Source: a virus
Taxonomy: Duplodnaviria > Caudoviricetes
Length of the DNA: 64,000 bases
IMG/VR virus record: IMGVR_UViG_3300012983_000033
Location: 1 to 64,000 of that record
Strand: one strand, 5' to 3'
Shown here piece by piece: positions 51,072-60,152 of the stretch; within the stretch, counting starts at the first letter, position 1; every line of letters begins with the position of its first letter. The notes beneath the pieces were generated by a model. The model was not told the DNA's origin. It worked only from the letters and a program-made list of their open reading frames with translations, and did no database searches. The translations under genes were made by a program, and so were the position numbers.

Positions 51072-51554
51072 ATGACAAAAGACTTCGCAAAGGCAAATCT
51101 CATCAACAGATATACAAAGGGTGCATACACAGACAACTATATTTTCGGCTTTGTTCGTGACGGTTTTGTGTGGGCTTGTATGGTAGAAAATGCAGACAAT
51201 ATCATCAGTGAAGTCAGTTTTGCAGAAAAGCGTTCAAAAAATGGTTGGGTACTTCGTTACAGACCAACAAAGACAATGCAAGACATCATCATAGCAAATG
51301 CAAAAGAAATCAAAGTTTTATATTCAACTTCTGTAATGGAAAGCGAAAAAGAAAATCACAAGAAAAATCGTGGTTATATGTTTGAAGATATCTGCACAGA
51401 AGTTTGGAAAGGCACACAGACAGAAGAAAATCTTGACTTCACAAAAGGTGGTGACATCATAATAAATGGTGTACACTATCAAGCAAAATTCGGTTGTTCA
51501 AAAGGTGCGGCGACTTTCTCAAGTGAAAAAACATTGTTAAATCTTGGCTTATAA
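51072..51554 (+). CDS. Hypothetical protein, possible PD-(D/E)xK-like fold
   Basis: Promoter 51005; NRGYMFE...GGD...YQAK. Confidence 0.65.
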   Translation: MTKDFAKANLINRYTKGAYTDNYIFGFVRDGFVWACMVENADNIISEVSFAEKRSKNGWVLRYRPTKTMQDIIIANAKEIKVLYSTSVMESEKENHKKNRGYMFEDICTEVWKGTQTEENLDFTKGGDIIINGVHYQAKFGCSKGAATFSSEKTLLNLGL

Positions 51555-51581
51555 GTCAAGATTTAACGGAAAGGATTCGAT

Positions 51582-51740
51582 ATGTATAATACTGAAATGT
51601 ATATGAATATATATAAGAAATTCGGAAAGGATTCCGAACAATTGAAGCGATTCAAAAAGTACCTTGCCATTTATATGAATAAACCCCACGTAATGGAACG
51701 CATTTATAAAGCCATTATGAAAGAAACTTCATCGCTTTAA
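51582..51740 (+). CDS. 52-aa hypothetical protein
   Basis: AAGGA RBS, open frame to TAA. Confidence 0.55.
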   Translation: MYNTEMYMNIYKKFGKDSEQLKRFKKYLAIYMNKPHVMERIYKAIMKETSSL

Positions 51741-52008
51741 TGCGGTAAAGTGTGCCCGGGTGCAACCGAACATTTGTTCGATGCCCGGGCGGATGAAACG
51801 CCAGGCACCGTTGTAGAATTGAAAAAAGTTTTTAAAAAGGGTTGACATTTTTATCATTATGTGGTATAATAATAATGTCAAGAGGAGATGGAAACAGTCT
51901 CCAAGCAGTAATGGGTTGAGCCTCTGCGGTGAGTAGTCAGACGAAAATCTTTAAAAAAAATTCAAAAAACCTCTTGACAAATAGCACGAGATGTGCTATA
52001 ATATAAAT

Positions 52009-52185
52009 GTAAGGAAGAGAGTTGGCAGACCGAAGAGGTTGCCCACGAGAGCAAGTAAGACCAACTCGCCAAAGACTTCCTACCGCAAGGTATGTAGGTT
52101 TGCGGTATAGAAATGTGAACCAGTGCCCAAAGGCTGAAATAATTTGGGATGATGCCTACTATAAAGCCACTAACTGCCTTTCTTT
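52009..52185 (+). ncRNA. Candidate structured non-coding RNA
   Basis: Promoter 51974; no convincing RBS-ATG; nested stems GGAAG/CTTCC, GAGTTGG/CCAACTC, TACCGCAA/TTGCGGTA, CCCAA/TTGGG. Confidence 0.5.
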
Positions 52186-52364
52186 AATATTCATTTTTTA
52201 TTTCCTTTTGAGAACGAGCTTGAGCTATACGCTCAGGCTCGCGCTCGTCTGCGCCCGGGCGGCCGCAGCATTGTGCACAAAAATTTCGCATAAGTTTGTG
52301 CATTTTGCATATTGACTTTTATATTATTATTTGATATACTATATATAGAAAGCGAGGGGTCAAA

Positions 52365-52472
52365 ATGGAATGGTTTGAAAAACTTTTCTTTACACTCATA
52401 TTCATTAACTCAATTATGTGCTTGTGTGGTTTAGGATATGCGATTTTTTTATTTTGTGTAAATTATTTTTAA
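52365..52472 (+). CDS. 35-aa hydrophobic peptide
   Basis: Promoter 52312 and GAGG RBS. Confidence 0.55.
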   Translation: MEWFEKLFFTLIFINSIMCLCGLGYAIFLFCVNYF

Positions 52473-52541
52473 AAAAGACTTGACAAACTTTTAAAAGTAT
52501 GATATAATATATATGTAATAAAGATAAACGAGGTAACGAAA

Positions 52542-52673
52542 ATGCTTGAAAAAAATAAAGAAAAAGAAAAAAGAAGAAATCGTGATACTTGGGTTGGTTA
52601 CTTCCCACGAGTAACAAAAGACAAAAAGAAATATTCACGAAAAGAAAAACATAAAGGAAAGGAAAATTACTGA
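52542..52673 (+). CDS. 43-aa basic protein, ArfA-like by motif
   Basis: Promoter 52480 and GAGG RBS; FPRVTKDKKKYSRKEKHK. Confidence 0.5.
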   Translation: MLEKNKEKEKRRNRDTWVGYFPRVTKDKKKYSRKEKHKGKENY

Positions 52674-52674
52674 T

Positions 52675-52851
52675 ATGGAATTTATGAAAATCGCAACTGC
52701 AATTATCGTTGGTATTTATATTTTACTTGATTGGCTTTTCACTATATCAAAAAACTTTGAAGATTTTTCACGAAAAGATTATCTCAAATGTTTTATTGAG
52801 CCTTTTTGTTTAATAGGCATAGTTTTAATTGCTATGGAATTATGGGGGTAA
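52675..52851 (+). CDS. 58-aa two-TM membrane protein
   Basis: Two hydrophobic stretches; coupled to the upstream gene. Confidence 0.55.
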   Translation: MEFMKIATAIIVGIYILLDWLFTISKNFEDFSRKDYLKCFIEPFCLIGIVLIAMELWG

Positions 52852-53060
52852 TAAAATGAAAAATGAAATTATACAAAGATTTGCAGATAATGGATATAAT
52901 CCCATTCACTTGTTTGGTAATTGGTATTTAATCAGACATAAAAGCAAAAACTATTGTAAAATAAGTTATTATAAATTAAGAAAATTTTAAAAAAACTCTT
53001 GACAAAATATCAAAACTATGATATAATAAATACATAAAAAAAAGAAAGGAATTGATATTT

Positions 53061-53327
53061 ATGTCACTCGTTGTTAACTCAAAAGACACAATAGAAAACA
53101 AAACACATCTTTTCGGAGATTATATGGCTTTCCTCGATGATGATGGCGATTTTTGGCTTATTGATGAAGAAGATGAGTATGTTACTCGCTTAACTGACAG
53201 GGGTTGTATTTGTCAAAACACTTCTGAATATGACACTATCGAAGATTTTTTACGCGTAAGTTTTGGTTGTAAACTTGTAAAAGTTTTCAACAAAGTTGAA
53301 GATTTTAAAATCGTTATTGAATGTTAA
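53061..53327 (+). CDS. Acidic hypothetical protein
   Basis: Promoter 52999 and AAGGA RBS. Confidence 0.72.
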   Translation: MSLVVNSKDTIENKTHLFGDYMAFLDDDGDFWLIDEEDEYVTRLTDRGCICQNTSEYDTIEDFLRVSFGCKLVKVFNKVEDFKIVIEC

Positions 53328-53488
53328 AACTGTAAAGGCGAAAGCCTTTACAGCGCCCGGGCGTTTTCGTCAATGTATACAAAAATTTATTCATATTGTG
53401 GAAAATTTTTTACTTGACAAAACTAATATTATATAGTATAATATATATGTAATCAAGAGAAAATATGAAATTCAAAGGAGAAAAAATT

Positions 53489-53914
53489 ATGAAAAAAATC
53501 GAAATCTTTATCAATGGTCATCTTTATCAGGGAAATTATGATATTCTTAAAGACGCACTTGACAAACTTGAAAAATATCGCAAGACTTCTTTTCTTTCAA
53601 AACCTTTTATTGCTTCAGAAGTTGAAGTTAATGGTTCAACTTTGGGAAGTCTTTGCAGAATGGGACTTATCACAAAAGTTGGTGAAAGAAAAGTATGGTG
53701 TCAGATAAACGAAGATACTATGAAATTGCAGTCAGTCAATGAATATCTTATAGTCAGAGATATTGACTATTTTAAAACAGAAGTTAATAAATGGGTTGCT
53801 CGTCACTATACAGATAGAATTGCTTGTCTTAAACATAACATCAGGATAGCAAACGAAGAAATGCAGAAAGTTCTTCTTGAAATAGCAGAAATGGGAATAG
53901 AAATGGGGATCTAA
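53489..53914 (+). CDS. Putative winged-helix protein
   Basis: GSTLGSLCRMGLI helix-wing pattern; promoter 53414. Confidence 0.55.
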   Translation: MKKIEIFINGHLYQGNYDILKDALDKLEKYRKTSFLSKPFIASEVEVNGSTLGSLCRMGLITKVGERKVWCQINEDTMKLQSVNEYLIVRDIDYFKTEVNKWVARHYTDRIACLKHNIRIANEEMQKVLLEIAEMGIEMGI

Positions 53915-54055
53915 TCCCCATTTTTTCTTATATAGAAACGAACATTTGTTCGCGCCCGGGCCGCGGCAATTTGCACAAAAGTTTTTTGAAATTGGGGAAA
54001 ATTTTCGTCATTTTGACGATTGACTTTTCATTAAAATTTTGATATAATAATATTG

Positions 54056-54118
54056 TTCTTGAGAGGGGAATGAGTTCCTAAAAGGTGAGCAGTAAGCAAG
54101 CCTTTGTTCTCTCAAGAA
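54056..54118 (+). ncRNA. Candidate ~63-nt three-way-junction RNA
   Basis: Promoter 54020; closing stem TTCTTGAGAG/CTCTCAAGAA with two internal hairpins; no ORF. Confidence 0.5.
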
Positions 54119-54356
54119 AAAAATAAAAAAACTTTAAAAAAAACTCTTGACAAAAATAAAAATCTATGATATAATATATATGTAGTTGAGAGAGAAAGAG
54201 AAAAAATCAAACGAAAAAAAAATTAAAAAAAAGTTTGAAAAAACTCTTGACAAATAACACAAAATGTGTTATAATATATATGTAATCAAGAGAGAACACT
54301 CTCTATGAAATAAAAATAGGGTGATGACCAACATCAACGATAGAAAGGAAAAAATT

Positions 54357-54731
54357 ATGACAAAAATGACACAGAGAGAATTTCTTATGGAAGTTAAGAA
54401 AGCAAACATCAGTGACGCACTTAACGAAAAAGCAGATGAACTCATCGCAGGTCTTGACAAGAGAAATGCACAGAAGTCTGCAACACAGACAAAAACACAG
54501 AAAGAGAACGAAGTTCTCAAAGCAGAAATGCTTAATAAACTCGAAAAAGGCAAGGGTTATCTTGCAGTCGAAATCGCAAGTGTAATGGGCTTTTCAACAT
54601 CAAAGGCTTCTGCACTCGCAAAGCAGTTGGTTGACAGTGGCAAAGCAACTGTTTGTGATGTAAAAGTAAAGGGTAAAGGTATGCAGAAATGCTACACACT
54701 CACTCTTGCAACTGATGAAGTTGCAGAGTGA
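54357..54731 (+). CDS. Winged-helix DNA-binding protein (paralog of 61470-61811)
   Basis: AVEIASVMGFSTSKASALAKQLVDSG...KVKGKG. Confidence 0.7.
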   Translation: MTKMTQREFLMEVKKANISDALNEKADELIAGLDKRNAQKSATQTKTQKENEVLKAEMLNKLEKGKGYLAVEIASVMGFSTSKASALAKQLVDSGKATVCDVKVKGKGMQKCYTLTLATDEVAE

Positions 54732-54941
54732 TGCCCTAAAAATTGAAGTGAAGTAGGGTGGCAATAGTCACCCTATTTTTTAACTTTAGCACTTTAACAC
54801 TTTAAAGCGGTGAAGCGCCCGGGCCGCGTGAAACACGAGGGTCAGTTGTGGTTTAAAAAATTTTTTATAAAAAAGACTTGACAAATTCAAAAATTTCTGC
54901 TATAATATATATGTAATCAAGAGAAGAAAGGAAATGATGAA

Positions 54942-55406
54942 ATGAATTTGATTATCTCTTTTATCGTACTGAATATTATCAATGTTGTTATTCAGACAGT
55001 AAAATCTATTGCTACAATTAAATGTGGTAAGTTGGTCGCAGCGATAGTAAATGCAGTCGCTTATGGTTTATACACAGTAGTAGTTGTGTATATGGTTTGT
55101 GAACTTCCTTTGTGGTTTAAAGTTCTTGTAATTGCAGTCGCTAATCTCATAGGTGTTTATGTGGTTAAGTGGGTTGAAGAAAAAAATCGCAAAGACAAGT
55201 TATGGAAAGTTGAAGCAACAGTAAAAGATGTTGCTTGTTACGAAGAACTTACAGAAATGGGAATTTCTTGTAATTGTCTTTACATTACAAATGGTGGTTA
55301 TATTGTAAACTGTTTTTGTCCAACACAAAAAGAAAGTGCAATAGTCAAGAAAGTTCTTGATTCTTATAATGCAAAATATTTTGTAACTGAAAGTAAAACA
55401 TTATAA
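54942..55406 (+). CDS. Multi-TM membrane protein (UPF0316/DUF5698-like by inspection)
   Basis: Three N-terminal hydrophobic helices, NLIGVYV, soluble C-domain. Confidence 0.6.
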   Translation: MNLIISFIVLNIINVVIQTVKSIATIKCGKLVAAIVNAVAYGLYTVVVVYMVCELPLWFKVLVIAVANLIGVYVVKWVEEKNRKDKLWKVEATVKDVACYEELTEMGISCNCLYITNGGYIVNCFCPTQKESAIVKKVLDSYNAKYFVTESKTL

Positions 55407-55423
55407 TAAAGGAGAGTAAAAAA

Positions 55424-55708
55424 ATGAAAATTATTGACACAAATGACGCAAACAAGGTAAGAGTTGAAAGTATTCCTGAAGGAGTTGCTTTCAGACACGA
55501 AGGAAAATACTTTTTAAAAACAGCAAATGTTTTTACCTATGCAGATGTTGACGATTATCTTGATGAATATACTCATCTTCGTAATGTTGACGAACTCGAA
55601 GAATATACTGATTATTACAACGCTTTAATTCTTTCAGTTGGTGGTTTTTGTTACATAAACGAAGATACACTTGTTGAGCCACTTCATACAGAACTTCACA
55701 TTGTGTAA
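55424..55708 (+). CDS. Small beta-rich protein, family A
   Basis: IPEGVAFRHEGKYFLK; similar to 58402, 59853 and 60463. Confidence 0.7.
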   Translation: MKIIDTNDANKVRVESIPEGVAFRHEGKYFLKTANVFTYADVDDYLDEYTHLRNVDELEEYTDYYNALILSVGGFCYINEDTLVEPLHTELHIV

Positions 55709-55874
55709 AGGGATTTCCCTTTACACTTTTTTTATACGAACATTTGTTCGCGGGCGCGCCCGGGCACGTTGTGCATGTTGCACAAAAATTCTGCCGAAAT
55801 GTGGAAAATCTTTTACTTGACAAAATTGTATTTATGGTGTATAATATATATGTAATAAGAAAGGAGTGTTGCTA

Positions 55875-56246
55875 ATGGCAAAGTCACAGAAGGTCTTGAA
55901 TGACGAAATCAAGTCACTTTACTTCACTAAAGTAAAAGAAATGCTTGAAGGTCTTGGCGAAGATGTTATTCAGGTCAAATCAAATGAGATCGCTTTTCCT
56001 GTGGTTGATAGCGAAGGCAACGAAAAATCTGTTGTAATCGTTATAAAAGTTCCCACTGGTGCTAATAAGGGAACAGAGCCTTATGATCCTTACGCAATGG
56101 GCGAAGAATTTCAGTTGAAGGAAAAACTGAAAAAAGAAAAAGCCGAAAAAATGGCGAAGGCAAAAGCCGAAAAAATCGCAAAGGATAATGCAAGGCGAGA
56201 AAAAGAAAAAGAAATAAAAGCCAAGCGAGAAGGTGTAAAGGTGTAA
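55875..56246 (+). CDS. Hypothetical protein with basic helical tail (copy 1)
   Basis: Near-identical to 57836-58219. Confidence 0.8.
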   Translation: MAKSQKVLNDEIKSLYFTKVKEMLEGLGEDVIQVKSNEIAFPVVDSEGNEKSVVIVIKVPTGANKGTEPYDPYAMGEEFQLKEKLKKEKAEKMAKAKAEKIAKDNARREKEKEIKAKREGVKV

Positions 56247-56419
56247 GCCTTTACACTTTTTTTATCTTTCCCGCTTTAGCACTTTAAAGTGCGAAAGCGT
56301 ACCCGGGCGCGCCATCAAAATGCACAATAATATATAGTAAACTTTGTGCAATATTACATATTGACTTTTTATGTATAATAGTGTATAATAAATACATCAA
56401 ATGAAACGAGGTTATAAAA

Positions 56420-57064
56420 ATGATTGAAAAATTTATTGTGCTTGACACAGAAACAACAAACGATATTGAATGCCCCATTGTATATGATATTGGTTTTGCA
56501 GTAATTGACAAGAGTGGATTTGTCTATGAAAAATTTTCTTTTGTGGTTGCAGATGTTTTTCTTAATGAAGAACTTATGTCAAGTGCTTATTTTATTGAAA
56601 AAATTCCTATGTATTGGGAACAGATAAAAAAAGGTGAAAGAGTTTTAAAAAGACTTTACAACATAAGAAAAGTTATAATTGAAATAATGATGAAATATAA
56701 TACAAAAATTGTAATTGCACACAATGCACGATTTGATTATATTTCAACTGCGACCACTCAAAGATATTTGACAAAATCAAAATACAGATACTTTTTCCCC
56801 TATGGCACAGAATTTTGGGATACTTTAAAAATGTCTAAAGAAGTTTTTAAAGATGACGAAGATTATTGTGCATTTTGCACAGAAAACGATTATCTCACAA
56901 AGAATAATTCAGTAAAATTGACTGCTGAAATTCTGTATAGATATTTAACAAATGATAATTCTTTTATCGAAAGTCACACAGGTCTTGAAGATGTGCTAAT
57001 TGAAAAAGAAATTTTTGTTGAATGTGTACGAAGAAATCCAAATATCAATGGCAAACTTTGGTGA
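56420..57064 (+). CDS. DEDDh 3'-5' exonuclease
   Basis: LDTETT, AHNARFD, DTL and HTGLED motifs. Confidence 0.88.
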   Translation: MIEKFIVLDTETTNDIECPIVYDIGFAVIDKSGFVYEKFSFVVADVFLNEELMSSAYFIEKIPMYWEQIKKGERVLKRLYNIRKVIIEIMMKYNTKIVIAHNARFDYISTATTQRYLTKSKYRYFFPYGTEFWDTLKMSKEVFKDDEDYCAFCTENDYLTKNNSVKLTAEILYRYLTNDNSFIESHTGLEDVLIEKEIFVECVRRNPNINGKLW

Positions 57065-57201
57065 GTTTGCCCATTGACTTTTGGCCGGGCATTCGTCAAT
57101 ATGCACAAAGGGACGACCGCAAGTTTGGTGATTTTGACGATTGACAAAAGTATGATTATGGTGTATAATAATATTGTAATAAAGAGAAAGGAACTAACGA
57201 T

Positions 57202-57555
57202 ATGGAAAGAATTACTAAAAAAGTTTTAAAAGAAGAAGAATTTTTTGTAGCAAGAGATGGCAAGGAATTTGAAGATGAGGGAGAATGCCTTGACTATGAA
57301 AATGAATTAAACATCAAATCCATTGAAGCATACGATGAAGATTTCAACAGAATAGACTTTGACAGTGCAACATATGTTGTTATTCATTCTGATGAAGAAC
57401 TAAACCTCATTTGTGAAGTGTGTGATTACAATGGTTGGACTTCAGATGGTCTTTGTGAAAATGGTCTTTACAGATATAATAGTTCTTGGAGAGATGACAG
57501 ATGGGAAAAAGTCAAAATCCCTTATTTCCTTAAAGACTTTGTTGAGTTCATCTAA
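57202..57555 (+). CDS. Acidic hypothetical protein
   Basis: ARDGKEFEDEGECLDYE motif; promoter 57141. Confidence 0.72.
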   Translation: MERITKKVLKEEEFFVARDGKEFEDEGECLDYENELNIKSIEAYDEDFNRIDFDSATYVVIHSDEELNLICEVCDYNGWTSDGLCENGLYRYNSSWRDDRWEKVKIPYFLKDFVEFI

Positions 57556-57835
57556 GGGTGTAAAGGCGTAAGCCTTTACGTGCCCGGGCGCGGCACTTTA
57601 GCACATTAAAGTATTAAAGCGAACATTTGTTTTGTTAATATAAACAAAAATTTGTCTTAGTAAAATTTATTTTTTTAAATTTTTAAACTTGACAAAATTT
57701 AAAATTTTTGATATAATATATATAGAAAAGTTAAGAAAAAACAAAATAAAAAAATAAAAAACTTTTTGAAAACCTATTGACAAAAGCAATTAAATGTGCT
57801 ATAATATGTATGTAAACGAAAGGAGATTTGATAAT

Positions 57836-58219
57836 ATGGCTAAATCACAGAAAATTCTTAATGATGAAATCAAAGCAAACTACTTTGAAAAAATTTGGGG
57901 TTTCCTTGAAGAACTTGGTGAAGATGTCATCAAAGTAAAATCAAACGAAATTGCGTTTCCAATCTGCGACAGTGAGGGTAACGAAAAATCAGTAGTCATT
58001 GTCATTAAAGTACCCACAGGTGCAAACAAAGGCACTGAACCCTATGACCCCTATGATATGGGTGAGGAATACGAACTCAAAGAAAAAGCAAAAAGGGAAA
58101 AGGCAGAAAAACAAGCCAAAGCCAAAGCAGAAAAGATTGCCAAAGATAAAGCAAGACGCGAAAAAGAAAAGGCAATCAAAGAAAAACGCGAAAGTCGAAA
58201 TGAGGTGAGTGGTGAGTAA
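57836..58219 (+). CDS. Hypothetical protein with basic helical tail (copy 2)
   Basis: Shares VKSNEIAFP and DSEGNEKSVVIVIKVPTGANKGTEPYDPY with copy 1. Confidence 0.8.
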   Translation: MAKSQKILNDEIKANYFEKIWGFLEELGEDVIKVKSNEIAFPICDSEGNEKSVVIVIKVPTGANKGTEPYDPYDMGEEYELKEKAKREKAEKQAKAKAEKIAKDKARREKEKAIKEKRESRNEVSGE

Positions 58220-58401
58220 TCACCACTCAAACACTCCCACACTTTAACAGTTTAAAGCGTAGCGCTTTAGTGCGCGAAAGCGCGCCCGGCGTTCGTCATT
58301 CTATACAAATCAACCGCCGCATCTTTGTGCATTTTAACTGTTGACAAACTTACTAATCTATGTTATAATATATACATCAGATGAAGAAAGGAAATGATAA
58401 T

Positions 58402-58671
58402 ATGAAAGTAAATAAACCCACTATTAAAGGCGAAAAATTTTACAGAATGTGTATAGGTTCAACCTTTTTCGTAGGTGACGCAATTTATATGCGATTGGGT
58501 TATAACGAATGTCAGTATATAGAATGTACTGAATGTTCAACAATGAATGACATTGAAGAAACAGGTTACTACGCAGTAAATCTTGAAACAGGCGAAGTAA
58601 GACAGTTTGAACCAGACGACTGTTTTGAAATGTGTAATTGTGAAGTAACAATCGTGGATGTAAAGGTGTAA
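58402..58671 (+). CDS. Small beta-rich protein, family A, with CTEC insert
   Basis: IGSTFFVGDAIYMR...AVNLETG. Confidence 0.7.
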   Translation: MKVNKPTIKGEKFYRMCIGSTFFVGDAIYMRLGYNECQYIECTECSTMNDIEETGYYAVNLETGEVRQFEPDDCFEMCNCEVTIVDVKV

Positions 58672-58804
58672 ACCTTTACACTCCCGGGCGTTCGTCAGAA
58701 TGCACAAAAATTTAATGTATTTTTCTATGTATTTTTACTTGACAAAATAACAAAAATAGTGTATAATAATATTGTAATCAAGAGAAACGAAAGGAGTTTT
58801 GAAA

Positions 58805-58957
58805 ATGGATAGACAGTTATTAGTTGAATGTCCCATACAAGACCCAAGTTGTCCTTATTGGGATTGGAAAACCCATAAATGCACAATGCCTTTATCAGGT
58901 TTACATCCCATAGATGAATGTGATGATTATTATGCAGAAGTGGGTGATGAAGAATGA
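58805..58957 (+). CDS. 50-aa Cys-rich protein
   Basis: Promoter 58739 and AAGGAG RBS; ECP..SCPYW..KC..EC. Confidence 0.6.
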   Translation: MDRQLLVECPIQDPSCPYWDWKTHKCTMPLSGLHPIDECDDYYAEVGDEE

Positions 58958-59136
58958 CAAGAGAACTTGCAAACAAAGCAAGTCTTGCTTTGCAGGGTGT
59001 TGACGATTTTCGTATGTTCATAGATGAAATTGAAATACTTATTGATGAATGTGAAGTCTTTGACTTTCGTGATAAGTTAATGAATTTTCTTGATAAAGAA
59101 CTTGAACGCAGAGAAGAAATTTTAAAAAATTTATAA
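58954..59136 (+). CDS. Small helical hypothetical protein
   Basis: ATGA overlap with the upstream gene. Confidence 0.65.
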   Translation: MTRELANKASLALQGVDDFRMFIDEIEILIDECEVFDFRDKLMNFLDKELERREEILKNL

Positions 59137-59204
59137 AAAACACTTGACAAACAATGAAAAGTGTGATATAATATATATGTAATAAAGAAAAGGAGATGCT
59201 AATT

Positions 59205-59471
59205 ATGTCAAGAACTTATTATTGCCCTAAAGAAAGACTTGTGTTTGTATCAGAGGAAGATACAAGAAACTTTTTCTTCGAAGAACAGGTTTACACTTCT
59301 ATGGAATACGAAGGTGATTTTGAAGATTTTCTGTCTGATAAATACACAAGAGCAGATATTTTCAGAATGACAGATGAAGAAAAAGCAGAAGTTCTCGCAG
59401 ATTACCACGAAGTGCTTTTTGAACAGTGGTGTGATGAAGAACTCGAAAGTTGCGACATCTACGCAGATTAA
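59205..59471 (+). CDS. Highly acidic hypothetical protein
   Basis: Promoter 59144 and AAGGAG RBS; strongly E/D-rich. Confidence 0.72.
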   Translation: MSRTYYCPKERLVFVSEEDTRNFFFEEQVYTSMEYEGDFEDFLSDKYTRADIFRMTDEEKAEVLADYHEVLFEQWCDEELESCDIYAD

Positions 59472-59635
59472 ACGAAAAGGTGTAAAGGGATACCCCTTTA
59501 CACCGCCCGGGCATTCGTCATATTGACTAAAATTATGCGGTCGCCGCATTGTAAGTTTGGTTAATATGACGATTGACTTTTCTTTTATTATGGTGTATAA
59601 TAGTATTGTAATCAAGAGAAACGAGGTAAAGAATT

Positions 59636-59806
59636 ATGTTATCTGTTGAAAATGTAAGTTATGACTTAATGTTAATCTCACTTGCAAAACAATTGGGTGC
59701 AGAAGTCGCAGTGGAGTTTGCAGAATTTGTTGTTGCTTCTGGTGACCATTTCGCAATTCAAAAAAAATATGAAGAAATTTTAAAAAACCACTTGACAAAC
59801 ACATAA
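59636..59806 (+). CDS. 56-aa hypothetical protein
   Basis: Promoter 59573 and GAGG RBS. Confidence 0.55.
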   Translation: MLSVENVSYDLMLISLAKQLGAEVAVEFAEFVVASGDHFAIQKKYEEILKNHLTNT

Positions 59807-59852
59807 AACTATGCTATAATATATATGTAATCAAACGAAAGGACTTGATAAT

Positions 59853-60152
59853 ATGGCACTTAATATCAACATTGAAAAAAAGACAGAAGATGTCACTTAT
59901 TTTGGTGATATTCGCAGAGGGGAGTTCTTCCTTTTAGGTGGCAAGGTTTTTGTGAAACTTGAAGAATTTTTTATCACAGACGAAATCATAACAGAACTTG
60001 AATACCAACACGATTTGCAACACGAGTATGACATCGACTCTAACAGGTATAATTGTTGGTTGGTTGGTAGTGAATGTGATTATCGCTATTTTAATAACAC
60101 TACAATAGTTGAAAGAGTTAATATTGATATGAATGTGAGGTATGCAGAATGA
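59853..60152 (+). CDS. Small beta-rich protein, family A
   Basis: FGDIRRGEFFLLGGKVFVK. Confidence 0.7.
   Translation: MALNINIEKKTEDVTYFGDIRRGEFFLLGGKVFVKLEEFFITDEIITELEYQHDLQHEYDIDSNRYNCWLVGSECDYRYFNNTTIVERVNIDMNVRYAE

Larger units (their letters stand above)
47834..59820 (+). promoter_or_regulatory. About 28 near-consensus sigmaA promoters with A/T-tract UP elements
   Basis: TTGAC(A/T)-17-TATA(A/C)T with -35 at about 47834, 49330, 49901, 50145, 50377, 50563, 51005, 51842, 51974, 52312, 52480, 52999, 53414, 54020, 54147, 54247, 54878, 55817, 56361, 57141, 57689, 57777, 58341, 58739, 59144, 59573, 59792. Confidence 0.9.
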
